Shown here: piece by piece, positions 13,401-24,732 of the stretch
Layout: each line of letters begins with the position of its first letter
Numbering within the stretch: position 1 is the stretch's first letter
NCBI GenBank assembly: GCA_009103225.1
Contig: RHPI01002533.1
Location: forward strand, 1,920,616-1,984,615
Length of the DNA: 64,000 bases
Direction of reading: 5' to 3'
Origin: Chlorokybus atmophyticus
Lineage: Eukaryota; Plantae; Mesostigma and Chlorokybus algae
The notes under the pieces: generated by a model
Seen by the model: the letters and a program-made list of their open reading frames with translations, nothing else
What the model was told of the DNA's origin: nothing
Databases searched by the model: none
Position numbers and translations under genes: made by a program

Positions 13401-16400
13401 TGCGTGCGTGCGTGCACAAGCATGCACATGTGCATGTGCGTGTATGCATGCGCATGGGTGGCAGCTATGCTTGCCAACAAAAACAGCGCGGGGGAGGGTG
13501 GGGTGGGGGGTGGGGGGCTGACTGGCATGTGTGCAGGTAAGGGCTGGAGAAAAGCAGGCAGGCAGGTGTGCGTGTGTTCGTGAGTGCGTGCTGTGTGTGC
13601 GTGCATGTGGTTATATGTGTGTGTGTTCGTACACAACTGAAGTTGGGTTGCCACCGCCGCAGCGCCACCGCTGCCGCCAATCCACCAGCGTTGCCTGCTG
13701 CCTAAGGGGCCAGCAGCGCACTGGCGGAGCTAGGTGCGGGAGGAAAGTTGAGGGTGGGAGATGGGAGATGGGTAAAGAGCAACAAATCAGGCAACAGTAT
13801 TGCAGGTACACACTGCACGCACACAGCTACGCGTGTGGCTGTGTGCGTGCAGTGTGTACGTACGTTTGAGCGTGTTTGTGTTGGTTTTGTTGGGTAGAAA
13901 CGCACGGTATTCGTGTCCACAATGCGTGTGTGTGGGTTGGTGTGATAGTGCGTGCCACATGTGTGCGTGCGTGCTGTGTCCCTGCATGTGTTCGTGCGTG
14001 TATGTGCGACGCGTACTGTGCGTGCATGCTGGTGCGTCATGTGTCTCTTACAAAGTGAGCCGAAGATAACTTGCCGCTGCTCCACGGGCTGCTTGTAGGC
14101 GGGCTGTTAATGCCGTCGCTAGCAGCCCACCGGCCGAGCTGGTGGCTTGAGGAGAGGAGCGGAGCTTTGGAGACGGATGATTGTTAAGGATGTTCAAAAG
14201 CCTGGGGGGCCGCCGCCGTCAACGCCCCCGCCGCCGCCGCCGCCGCTTCCGCCACTGCCCTGCGCACCTCAACTCTCAGCTAGTTTTCTGGACGAAAACT
14301 TGAATCAAATTCTTCCAGCTGCAGCCGTTTTCTCCTGGAAAGCGCTGCCAAACAGTGAGAAGAAAGGTGCAATCCCGGTCAAATCGCTTTGTAGTCCGAT
14401 AATAGTAATAGTTCTACCGGCCGTCTCCTCCGAATAAAGTAAGTTTACGTCCGGCGGTTCTTCCAAAAGTGTCCACCGGAAGAAAACAGTCGATGCTACT
14501 AGCAGAAAGTGTGTATGCCGGCAATCTAGGAGGTTGTGACCGTTGTGTTTCCCGAGCGGCGTCGGCTTTCATGGGTAATACATAGAAATCCACGAAATAC
14601 TGTGCACTGTATTCTGTCGTATCTTCGACTGCGAAATGGAAGAAGCATGGGTTTCTTCCAATGTAACACGACTCCATGCCCTTCAAGTTCAAGTTTTCGC
14701 GACGGGTTGAAGATTGGTGGTACACATCTCATTTCACCTTGGATGCTGTCTCCTAAAAATATTAGTCAATGTAGTAGTTGGCAGCCGAAACACAAAACAT
14801 GCTGGGGCAAGCATTTCACCACGTGCTCGACGCTTGTGTGCGCCGCACACTGGCGCACGAAGACCTCCCCGCGACCAGGGTGTGGGCATTCATGACGCCT
14901 TACAGGCAACGTGTCACGTGTGCATTGCAGCGTGTGCAAAGTATAGCAGTGCTCGAACGTGGAGCGGTAGCGGTGCCTGGCTGGGCGTCGACGTCGGCGG
15001 CCGCTTTGGAGGAGAACGCGCTGCTAGCTGCACACGTGTTGCTTGACAAGGCTTGCATGCTTGGCTGCACTTTGCAAGTATGGACACGCAAGTATATGTG
15101 AACACTCGTTTGGGCTAGCATATGCTCACTCGCAGGCTCTCTTTATCATATACCTGGCCCACTTCGCTAGGCCCGTTTTGCTCATAATCATCCGTGGCCT
15201 TGTGTTTGGAAAACCGTCTACAATTCTTCAGCTCCATGCAGACAGCGATCTCTCCTCTAATTGATCGCCGACGATGCATTAAACACGGGCGTCCGTTTTT
15301 AGCACTTCCACATCGAAGTTCCGTCTTGTTTGATATGCCACAACTTGGATGTGGAAACCACTTTGCATCTGTTTATTCAATGCGGTTTGGGTTCCACTCT
15401 CTGATCTTGATGTGTGTCAAGGTTCGCAGGTACGTTCGACGCCTCGTCCACTTCTCTAGTGTTCGGGGTGGGTGTTCCTGTCCATCCATCCTCTCTTTCT
15501 AGCATGTGGAAGGCTGCCTGCCCCATCGCGCTGTGGTGCCTTTGGTGCTACCGCTGTTCACACCGTTATGGTAATTCCCCTCCTTCACAGCAAGTGCTAC
15601 ACACGCGTTTTCTGCAAGCTATGTCTCTGCATGCATGGGAAGAGTGGGGGCTTGTTTCTTCATCCCCCTTCCGAGACAACAAGCGCCAGATCGCTCTTCA
15701 TCGCATGTAGTCTTCTTGAAGCCTGTTCCCCGTCTTCAGCTCTGTTTCTTACTCTTTTCCCCTTCCAATAGCTACATGGCTTAGCTGGGACTTGCCTACG
15801 ATTGTGTGTCTAGGAAACCTAGGTTCTGTGCTTGAACTCATGCTCTTGATAATATAAAAACTGAACATGTTTGAAATAAAACAAAAACTCGTATTGTGCA
15901 ATAATAAACCGTTAATGAGCAGTAGTATTGAGCACAATTATGGACTACGACCCATAGCTAGCGCATGCATGTCATGTGTTTTATGAGGCGCAATACATGG
16001 TGCGCTTCGTTGCTCAGTATCGGCAGCGCGTAGCCGTGCCGCTGCAGCTAGCGCAAGCGACGGCAGTGTTGGCATTGGCCACTGCGGCCATCCGCATCAT
16101 CGGGAGACATCAGGACGACTCAGCGCCCGCAATGGCCTTACTCAATGTCGCTGCCCTGATTTATGATGATGTTGTGTAGGTTTTCAGTGAGTTGTACGGA
16201 TGTTAAATGTGCGGGGTTTTGACAGCTCATGAACTCACTGTCCCCATGTAATTCAATCGTTGTTGTTTTATGGCAGGCATGGCTTGCAGCTGTACACCGC
16301 CAGTATAAAGCTGTCACCGTATCCTCCAGGCGGCGGTGGTAGTGGCGGCGGCGGCGGGTGTATATGTGTGGTTGTCAGCTATGCGCATCCGTGCTAGCAG

Positions 16401-16690
16401 TTGTAATGCCTGCACCTTGATACACAGTGTACCAGTGGAGAGTTTCCGAGCCCCCATCAACCATTGTAAGTTGATATGCAAGGAGAAGCTTGTTGCCCTA
16501 AGCAAGGCGCTAGCAATGCTGTGCATGCGTTGCAATGACAATTTTGCATTGCTGCTATTATTTGCACTTTTTGTATGGTAGTATCAGCTATGTGCATGGG
16601 TCGTGCGGTTTGCGGTAAAGCGTGCAACCCTGCATGGCGGGTTGATTGGTGCTGACTTGACGTGTGTAGCCTATCCCATTACGCATCGCT

Positions 16691-17039
<349 letters not shown>

Positions 17040-17574
17040 NTGTGAGACTGCAATCAATTCCTGTTTCAGCAAGTGGTGTGCATGTTACACTTTTATTGCC
17101 ACTTGGGCAAAAAAGTGCTGCACACGTCAGGTCACCGTTACAAGGCGTTCACTTCAACAACAAATTGCGCCACATAAAGCACCTAACTTCTGCAAGTTGT
17201 TCTGCAACATGTGCCCATTAAAGCATGCGTTACTGTGATTCCCTACCAACCTTGCTCTTCCTACGCAGAGCGTTCATTTATCTAGCAAAGCAATCACTTA
17301 TATCACTGTTACTACCCTTGTGCCCTGATGGATGCACTGGAGAAGTTGCTGAATTGAGGGCAGTAGCCGAGTCATGTAAGCGGCCACGGCACGGCGCGAC
17401 GCTTGGCTACCGTTAAGACTGAGGTAGCATCAGCTATACCTGTAGTAGTGCGTGGCACCATCATTAAAGACGAGTTTACCGCCGCAAAAGCCACACGGCT
17501 ACCAAAAGTAGAGCTGCGCGTGAGAGACTGCTTCGACAATGGATGCGTAGGCGGAGGCTGTTGCTGAAGCCGCA

Positions 17575-18144
17575 GTGGTTGCTACTTTGGCCACAGTGGC
17601 TCGAGGAGTTGCGGCACCCATTCCGGGAACAACCTCACAACTTGATACCTTCAACGAGCCCGCAGCCAACTGCAAATCTATCTCAGTAGGATCAGCCATT
17701 GTGGGACTGCCAGCATTCACCGTCCCAGCAGCTCGCTCTAAATCTTTGCTACAGGACCTACACACGGCACTATGGCGTACATTCCCCGCGCAAACCAGCC
17801 ACAAGGTTGAGGAGCTAAGGCGCTTCAGAAGCAAAATTGATGAAGATCCTTTGCATGTATACACCCGCCTCGCGCCGCTTTTGAGAGACACCGGTGGTTG
17901 CGTTATCAGCGACAAAACGGCAGATGTTGTACACATCAACCAGCTAGAATATCCGTCGAGAGACACTGTTAGTCTAGCCGTCAGGCTTCGACGGCGTTCA
18001 ATGATATCCGATGTAGTGGCTACTCCTTGGTACAAGCCTTTGAGGTTGCATGCGCGCTACACGAGCGGCGTGTGTGGGAGAAGGCTGTACATGATACATG
18101 AACACATCCAGCTCGCATTCGGCGGTCCCACCTCTACAAATTAG
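17575..18144 (+). pseudogene. Degenerate retrotransposon Gag-like fragment
   Basis: LQDLHTALWRTFPAQTSHKVEELRRFRSKIDEDPLHVYTRLAPLL resembles the Retrotrans_gag core (EL..F.Q..E....Y..RL). Confidence 0.45.
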
Positions 18145-18189
18145 GCAGCGTGACCGCTCTCGCAACGCCCAGCCCTTTAAATTGGTGCG

Positions 18190-19170
18190 CTGTCGGGACG
18201 AGGACAGTCGAGGGTCACGCTCTCTCGAAAAGCTGCGGGAAAAGGATATGCCCATTAGACATGCTGATGCAGCACGCTATATTATGTTATCAAAAGCAAG
18301 AGATACCTGAGCTCTCATGGTGCCAAGCCCCACCAGAGCTTGTCCACTGCTGAGTAACACTGACATATGGAGATGCTCCCCCACCATAGTATACATGCTG
18401 TGCTGTAGGGCACATAATCAATAAGCCATTACTCTAGGTAGCGCTGTTTACACAGTTCTTTGCATGAGTGGAAAATTTACTACACTGTTTGGTGAGGTGA
18501 ATCAGCAAGCAACACGTGGACGCTATGCCAACAAGCACACTAAAACCAAGCATACTAAGCTCGCAGCAATAACAACCATAGTGCACAAGAGCATGCACAG
18601 GCGCTCACGCGGTGAGAAGATTCTTAGTAACTGGGACGGCGTATTCGTAGTCAAGCCGCTTCACAAGCTCTTTGCTTTCTCATTTACAGTGTCACCAGCT
18701 GGTCCGGTAAACACCGTGACTACTACTATTACAAGTCAAATCACGATTGTTCAAAAAATAAGCATATTGGTCATATCGAGGCTACTTCTACAAACTTCCC
18801 GACTCAATATAAACATAACTTATAACTAGACTCACAACTGAACAGCTACTCGCGGTGCCTACGTAGGCTAAAGATATAAGGTAGTCTAAAGTTATAGCTA
18901 TTGGTCAGTTGCGCGCGCGGGTCTTCATGCTGGTAGGTCGGGCAAGGGACTGCATGTAAGCATGCTCAATGAAGGTTGGCATGCGAGGACAATGGGCACG
19001 ACAGCTGTCGGGACGAGGAGAGTCGAGGGTCACGTTGCCTGTGATAGCTGCGAGAAAGGATATGCCCACTAGACGTGCCACTGCAGCACGATGTACCACG
19101 TTAGCAAAAGCAAAAGACAACCCAGCTCTCATGGTGCCAAGCCCCACCGGAGCTTGTCCACTGCCGAGTG
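18190..19170 (+). repeat. Two diverged copies of a ~165-bp sequence (18190-18357 and 19005-19170)
   Basis: Both contain GCTGTCGGGACGAGGA.AGTCGAGGGTCACG...AAGGATATGCCCA.TAGAC...GCTCTCATGGTGCCAAGCCCCACC.GAGCTTGTCCACTGC.GAGT. Confidence 0.8.
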
Positions 19171-19229
19171 GAGATGATCCCCATCATAACAAACCTGCTA
19201 TGCTGTAGGACACACAGTAAACAAGTCAC

Positions 19230-19860
19230 CCCCCCTGAGTTTCCGAGAGAGGTTCCAGCTTGAGAGATCAGCCTCTGGCGTAAGCGAGGAGGGCCATTAA
19301 CGTGACAGTCGTCGCACCAAAATTCCTCCATGGGACTTCTTCCAGCGGGGGTTGCAAACAGTAGCAATGCAGTCCCTTGTTGCAGCCATCGCATAACATT
19401 ATCTTTGAGTCATCGGCGGCGCTGCCACAGTGCTCGCAACGCGTGTTGCGCGAGGGGCAAGGGTGCTTGATGCGCCCGAAACCACATGTAGGGAAGGTGG
19501 CATGGTGCGCCATTCACCATGTTGTCCTTCAGCCTCTTGCCATTCTGACCGAGGAGGTCCAGCACACCTGTGGGGTACACCTTTAGTACCTTGTAGTTAG
19601 TGTGGCCGATGGAGGTGTTCAGCGTGTCTTTAGTAGCTTCCATGTGGTAGACAAACTCTCCTGCTTGGAACCGTCGCTGGCGCTCCTTGTAGAAGCCACT
19701 GCACACGCGCTCGTAGCGAAGCATGTCGCGGTGCATGATGCGCAAGTCACTGAAGGCCGTGGGGACGGTGCGCTCGAACAGGGCTGCGCGTGTTGTGATG
19801 TCGTGGTGTATGCAGTCGAGGTCGTCGAGTATGTTCACCACACTATCCACCTCCTGCTGT
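19230..19860 (-). mobile_element. Ty3/Gypsy integrase C-terminal fragment with PHD finger (degenerate)
   Basis: RFQAGEFVYHMEATKDTL...KVYPTGVLDLLGQNG followed after a frame change by CEHCGSAADDSKIMLCDGCNKGLHCYCLQPPLEEVP (C4HC3 PHD). Confidence 0.85.
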
Positions 19861-19944
19861 GCTCAAAAAGGAAGCAACGGCGGCCGTCCGAATAGTAAGT
19901 AGTAAGGGCTATACTTGCGCAGAGCTGCCTGCTTTGATGGTCGG

Positions 19945-20360
19945 TGTGGAGAATAACATGTTATGCAGTGTCATTTACATGTATAGCATACGACACTTAT
20001 GTGCTATTGTTCAGTCAGCTTAGCTAGCCCTTTGTACCTTATTGTACCTTATTAAATTGGTACTTAATAAGCTACTCAAACACTGCAGTTGTATGTATAG
20101 TCTGTAGGCAAGTAGGACTGATACAATCTGATATGGTCCTTGGTAAGACCCAAACTGAGGGCCCAGAGCCGACATGCCGCGGACTATTGGGTTGGTTCAT
20201 TTCTCTGGTCACTTCGTTGGCGGTGTAGCTCTGCTCTTACCATTGTGCTATGTATGCTTGTCTTGCATGGTTGCATGCAGCAGCTCTAGTCGACAGGTGT
20301 TAGGCCCACATCTCCGTGTGTAGAGCTAGCTACTATGAGAGAGTGTTCTCCTCTGTGTGT
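19945..20360 (+). mobile_element. Probable 5' LTR of the Copia element
   Basis: Begins TGTGGAGAATA, lies directly upstream of Copia gag, and its first ~280 bp align with the TG-initiated repeat at 50619. The 3' boundary is approximate. Confidence 0.6.
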
Positions 20361-20461
20361 GAGGTTGTAGGAGCTTTCAGCTGAGAGTCTGAGAGGTACA
20401 GCAAACGAGCAGGAGGACTGTGGGGTTCAGCTGTGAAGTTCAGCCAGCAGCAGACAGCAGG

Positions 20462-23362
20462 ATGGCAACCACTAGATCAGAGAAGGAGAAGTTCACCATT
20501 AACCTTTGGGAGATGACAGCTACGCCAGCAAGAGTTTTGAGAGGAAGATGAGGCTCATCTACAAAGAGCTGTGGGACTACGTTGCCTCAAAGGGGAGTGC
20601 GCCAATTGGTAACAAGTCTGCATGGATGCGAAGCAGTTTGCATGCTTTGGCTTATTGTGTATGCACGTCGAGCCATGTCATAGGCCACTGCTAAATATGC
20701 AATCTGATGTCAAGCATGCATGAAAAGCTGTGAAAAATATGTTGTTTATACACTCTGTTGGCCGTAACATTGAGCTCAAGCAAGCGTTCAATGACACATA
20801 CAACACACAACGACATGAGGAAGCTTGCTAGTGAGACAGTTACAGAGTTTTGGGGACGTGTACAGAAGCTTAGAAGTAATTTGACCTCTATAGGAGATTC
20901 ATTCTTAGAGGATGATCTGTGCTTGAAGGTGTTGTTTGGGTTGCCATGAGAGTTCAAGATTGTTGTGATCATGTTGGAGGGTATCAGTACCAATCAGAAG
21001 TCGTCCCTCAAACAGATGTTGCCAATCCTATTGAAGACAAAATTAAGGATCAAGGGCAACGAGGCTGATGGAAAGTCCAGTGCGTTCGTTGCTCGAGCGC
21101 AGTCATCTGAAGAAGCTAGTACAAGCAACAACAGCAATGGCAACAGGGGTGGAGATTGGAAGCAGCAGAAGCCTTGCAAGAGGAAGTGCTTTTATTGCGA
21201 CCAAGTTGGGCACAGGAAGAGTGATTGTCAGCTGCTGAAGTCAGCAAAACGCAATCCACAGGGTGGACAGAGAGAGTGGGTGGAGGAGTTGTCTTTACAG
21301 CATCCACAAGAAGACAGATGTCTAAGTGGGTGTTCGATTCTGGTTGTACACAGCACCTTACTCTGGATGCTGGGCTGCTATAGATCCACAAGATTCATAC
21401 AAGTCCCCGCACTGTGGAGGTGTTGGGTGGGAGCCTGCAGGTAGCAGGTACAGGCCCAGCAGTGCTTCAATGCAAGGTGGGAGAAGGTGTGTAAAGGGTG
21501 GAGGTGAATAAGGTTCTTCGTGTCCCACGTACACAGGCTAGCCTCTTCTCCTAAAGGTTGCATAAAAGGCTGGAGCTGATCCGTTAGGAAAAGGAGCAAA
21601 GATCTGTCTTAAGGTTGATGGCAAGGTCTGCCTCATCGCGAGAGAACAACAGGACGAGCTTTAGCGGAAAGGAGGAAACTGAGACTGACAAGGCACTGGT
21701 GGCGACAGTTCCTGAATCAGCTGAACTTGGGCATCGAAGGTTTAGACACCTTGGGCATGACAACTTTCATCGTCTAGTGGCTGAAGATCTGGTCATAGGC
21801 ATTAATGTGAGCAAGGCGTAGATCAAGTCGTCTAGAGGTGTGTTGTGCGAGCCATGCGTGCTGTCCAATATGCATAGGCAACCTTTGTAGAAGTCTAAGA
21901 GCGTCAGCGAGCACGTTGGACAGTTGGTGCACGCAGATGTGTGTGGTCCGTTACCAGAGCCATTGAAGGGGAGAGCATCGTACATTGTCACCTGCCTTTA
22001 TGACTTCTTTAAGCTATCATTGGTGCGTCCTGTGAAGCTCAAGTCAGATGTCTCAGCTGTGGTGAAAGAGGTGGTACTGTGGTTGAAGAATGTGTCCGGC
22101 AAATCTGTGAAAATAGTCAGAAGTAACAGAGGAGGGGAGTACCTGAATAAAGAGCTGTCCTCATCCTGATCTTCACAAGGCATTGTGCATTAGACAACAG
22201 CCCTATACACTCCGCAGCAGAATGGTGCTGTAACGATACCACTCACTTACTTGCTGGACGGCTTGGCAAACTTATGCACAAGGACTTACTTCCGGAAGCC
22301 CGACCAGCAACACACGGTGCAGTACCTTGAAGGGGAAGTCACAGCACCGCACCAAGGAAGGAGAGGATGCCACCAACCTCGCTACTCTGCTCCTACACAC
22401 ATGCACACTCTAGCACACCCCACACACATATGCAGAGCTGCCACAAGCATCACACCCCACATGCAATGAGAGGGAGAGCCCCTTGAACAACCAAACTAGG
22501 CACCCCACACACAAGAGTCGAGTATGCACATGCTGAGTTCCTTCAACACTCGTTGAGGCCGTTCATATACCCCCTCTTTGCTGCTCTCCGACCTGGAACA
22601 TCCAAGTCGAAGGCTACTTGCCTTGTCATGGCTGCGTTGACCACAACTCATGTCTAGGGCTACCACATCAGCCCTTGGACCTCTTGTTTAATATTCAAGA
22701 CTGATCACACATCAGCCTCGGACATTGTGAACGTCCTTGGCTGGTCACATCAGCCTTGGACATCATAAACATCACCCTTGGGCAATGTTCACGACCTTGG
22801 CTGGTCATATCAGCCTAGGACATCACACACATGCATACATGCATCCCTATGCATACATATGCGCGCATATGCACATATGCGCATGCATGCATACACATGC
22901 ATACATCTAGTACGTACCTCATATCCTCACATATGCACTCATATGCGGACATATGCACCTGCAAACATATGCACACACATGCGGACACATGGCTCACATG
23001 GCCATGTCTCAATGGTACCAACCAGCTCTGTGCTTGCTGATATGCAATACCTTGTGTAGTTTATCTCACTCAAGGCCTCATAGGCTCAAGAGCAGACCAC
23101 GTGAGAGCCACCCCACAAGCACTACACATGCTTATGACATGGAAAACGCACCCGGTCTCATCTTACTTACAGAAGTAAGGAACAGAGAATGAGTTTAGCC
23201 AGCCTTATATGCGTGACAGCAGCAGAGAAGCTGAATCTGACTTTGATGGAGAGAGTTTGTGCTATGCTGAGTGATGCAAAGTGGGAGTATTGCGGATGGG
23301 CAGAAGCGGTCTTAACGGCCAACTACATCTGGAATAAATCGCCAGTGCGTGCTCAAGCAAAG
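20462..23362 (+). mobile_element. Ty1/Copia gag-pol, degenerate (UBN2-type gag, zinc knuckle, protease, gag-pre-integrase, integrase)
   Basis: CFYCDQVGHRKSDC; WVFDSGCTQHL; HRRFRHLGHDNF; VHADVCGP; IVRSNRGGEY; PYTPQQNGA|AEKLNLTLMERV...WAEAVLTANYIWNKSP. Copia domain order, with many stops and frameshifts. Confidence 0.92.
22229..23218. mobile_element. 990-bp TG...CA insertion (solo-LTR-like) inside the Copia integrase
   Basis: Splits QNGA|AEKLN exactly; termini TGTAACG and CGTGACA; internal TGCATA/CACAT-rich tract at 22820-22990. No clean TSD. Confidence 0.7.
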
Positions 23363-23519
23363 TGTTGTGCCTTCCCTCATCGTGGCTTCAACTCGTCGTA
23401 AACCACCTTGACATGCATGTCCGCATGCTATTGTACACCATAAGACCATGTCATGCTGTCTCATGCATTGTCTCTCATAACATGGTAGACACACACAATG
23501 AAAGATGCGTGTCACCACC

Positions 23520-23921
23520 CCCTACAGTTGAGCGCCAACGCCCTCGTGCGCCTTCGGCTGGCTCACACGCTCACCGCGTAGTCCTTGTACACGCCGGTCA
23601 GTACCATGCTCCATCAGGGATCTCCTCAAGTGGTGGATAAAGGCACTCCATGTGCCAACCGGCAACACACTTGTAGCATAGTAGCATGGTGTCCCAGCCC
23701 TCTGCTCGGCCACACCGCTCACAACGGTGGCCCACATTTGGTATGGCCAAAGCCGGATCCAGCATGTCATCCACATTTGGCATATGACAAGGGCCGCAGC
23801 TCTTCATGTGCTCCTTGGTGGTCCTGGCATCAGCTCCCTCCAACAACAGCTCTGCACACGAAGGATGGTGCGGCTCGCACTTGTATCCAACGTATCCTTA
23901 GTCTTCCTCAATAGGTACACG
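23520..23921 (-). pseudogene. Gypsy integrase C-terminus plus PHD finger (left part of the split element)
   Basis: VYLLRKTKDTLDT...CGPCHMPN...CERCGRAEGWDTMLLCYKCVAGWHMECLYPPLEEIPDGAWY. Confidence 0.88.
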
Positions 23922-23939
23922 CACCGGTAATTCTGGACC

Positions 23940-24585
23940 CCCCGAATTTCTGAAAATTCAGCGCATTTGCCCTGAATACTCATCTGTTTTATGTGTGAAC
24001 TCGCCACTTGCGTGGCTGCAGAGGTCGCTGTTACGATTGCTGATTATTCAGGCCAAATGCCCTGAATACAAGCAATGGATATTCACACGTTTTAGTCATG
24101 AATAATTGTAGTTGTCCATCTCGCACACAACCTCCTACATGTGAGTAGTTATTCACTCGCGACAGAACTGCATATTCAGTCTTCTTAGGTATACATGGTC
24201 CTAGACTTGTACCATGGCACCAAGTGATTATTCATACTTTGTGTGCATGAATATTTACAGCGCCTGCTCTCACACTATGTCCTCCTTATAGGTAATTATT
24301 CACACGCATATTGGCTTAATGTTCACACATACTAAAGCTGTTTCAACAGCACATGTACCACACTGGCGAGTGATTATTCATACGATTTGTGATTGAATAA
24401 TACAGCATATCTGCTCTCACACAATCTTATATATGAGTGGTTATTCACCCATAGTATGGTTGAACACTGCTGCCTTTGGTTGACTTTTCACGCGAATGAT
24501 AATTGAATAATACAGCACTTCTGCTCACACACATAGTCCTACATATAAGTGGTTATTCACTCACATTTTGGTTGAATAATCACTG
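23940..24585. repeat. Left subterminal array of TGAATA/TATTCA motifs
   Basis: More than 15 copies in both orientations (e.g. CCTGAATAC, GATTATTCATAC, TTATTCACTC, TTGAATAATAC). Confidence 0.85.
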
Positions 24586-24732
24586 CATCTTGCTATCGTC
24601 AACAGCTGTGACATAGCATAGCTGTGACATAGCACATAGCAATCAGTCCAGCCGGTGAATTTGGACAACAATGTCAGCTGAATGGCAGCTGACTCGAACA
24701 ACAAATTCACTGATGTCTACAATGTATGCTAC

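Noticed and set aside
11300-14250. Exon-like minus-strand fragments (e.g. WKHVRGTPEEDVVKALEAVLAQ, DAASEEQQEKEE)
   Set aside because: They contain multiple stops, and I could find no consistent gene model or recognisable family. A decayed gene is possible but unsupported.
14414-14725. Minus-strand ORF in an AT-richer patch
   Set aside because: No recognisable motif and no splice or start support.
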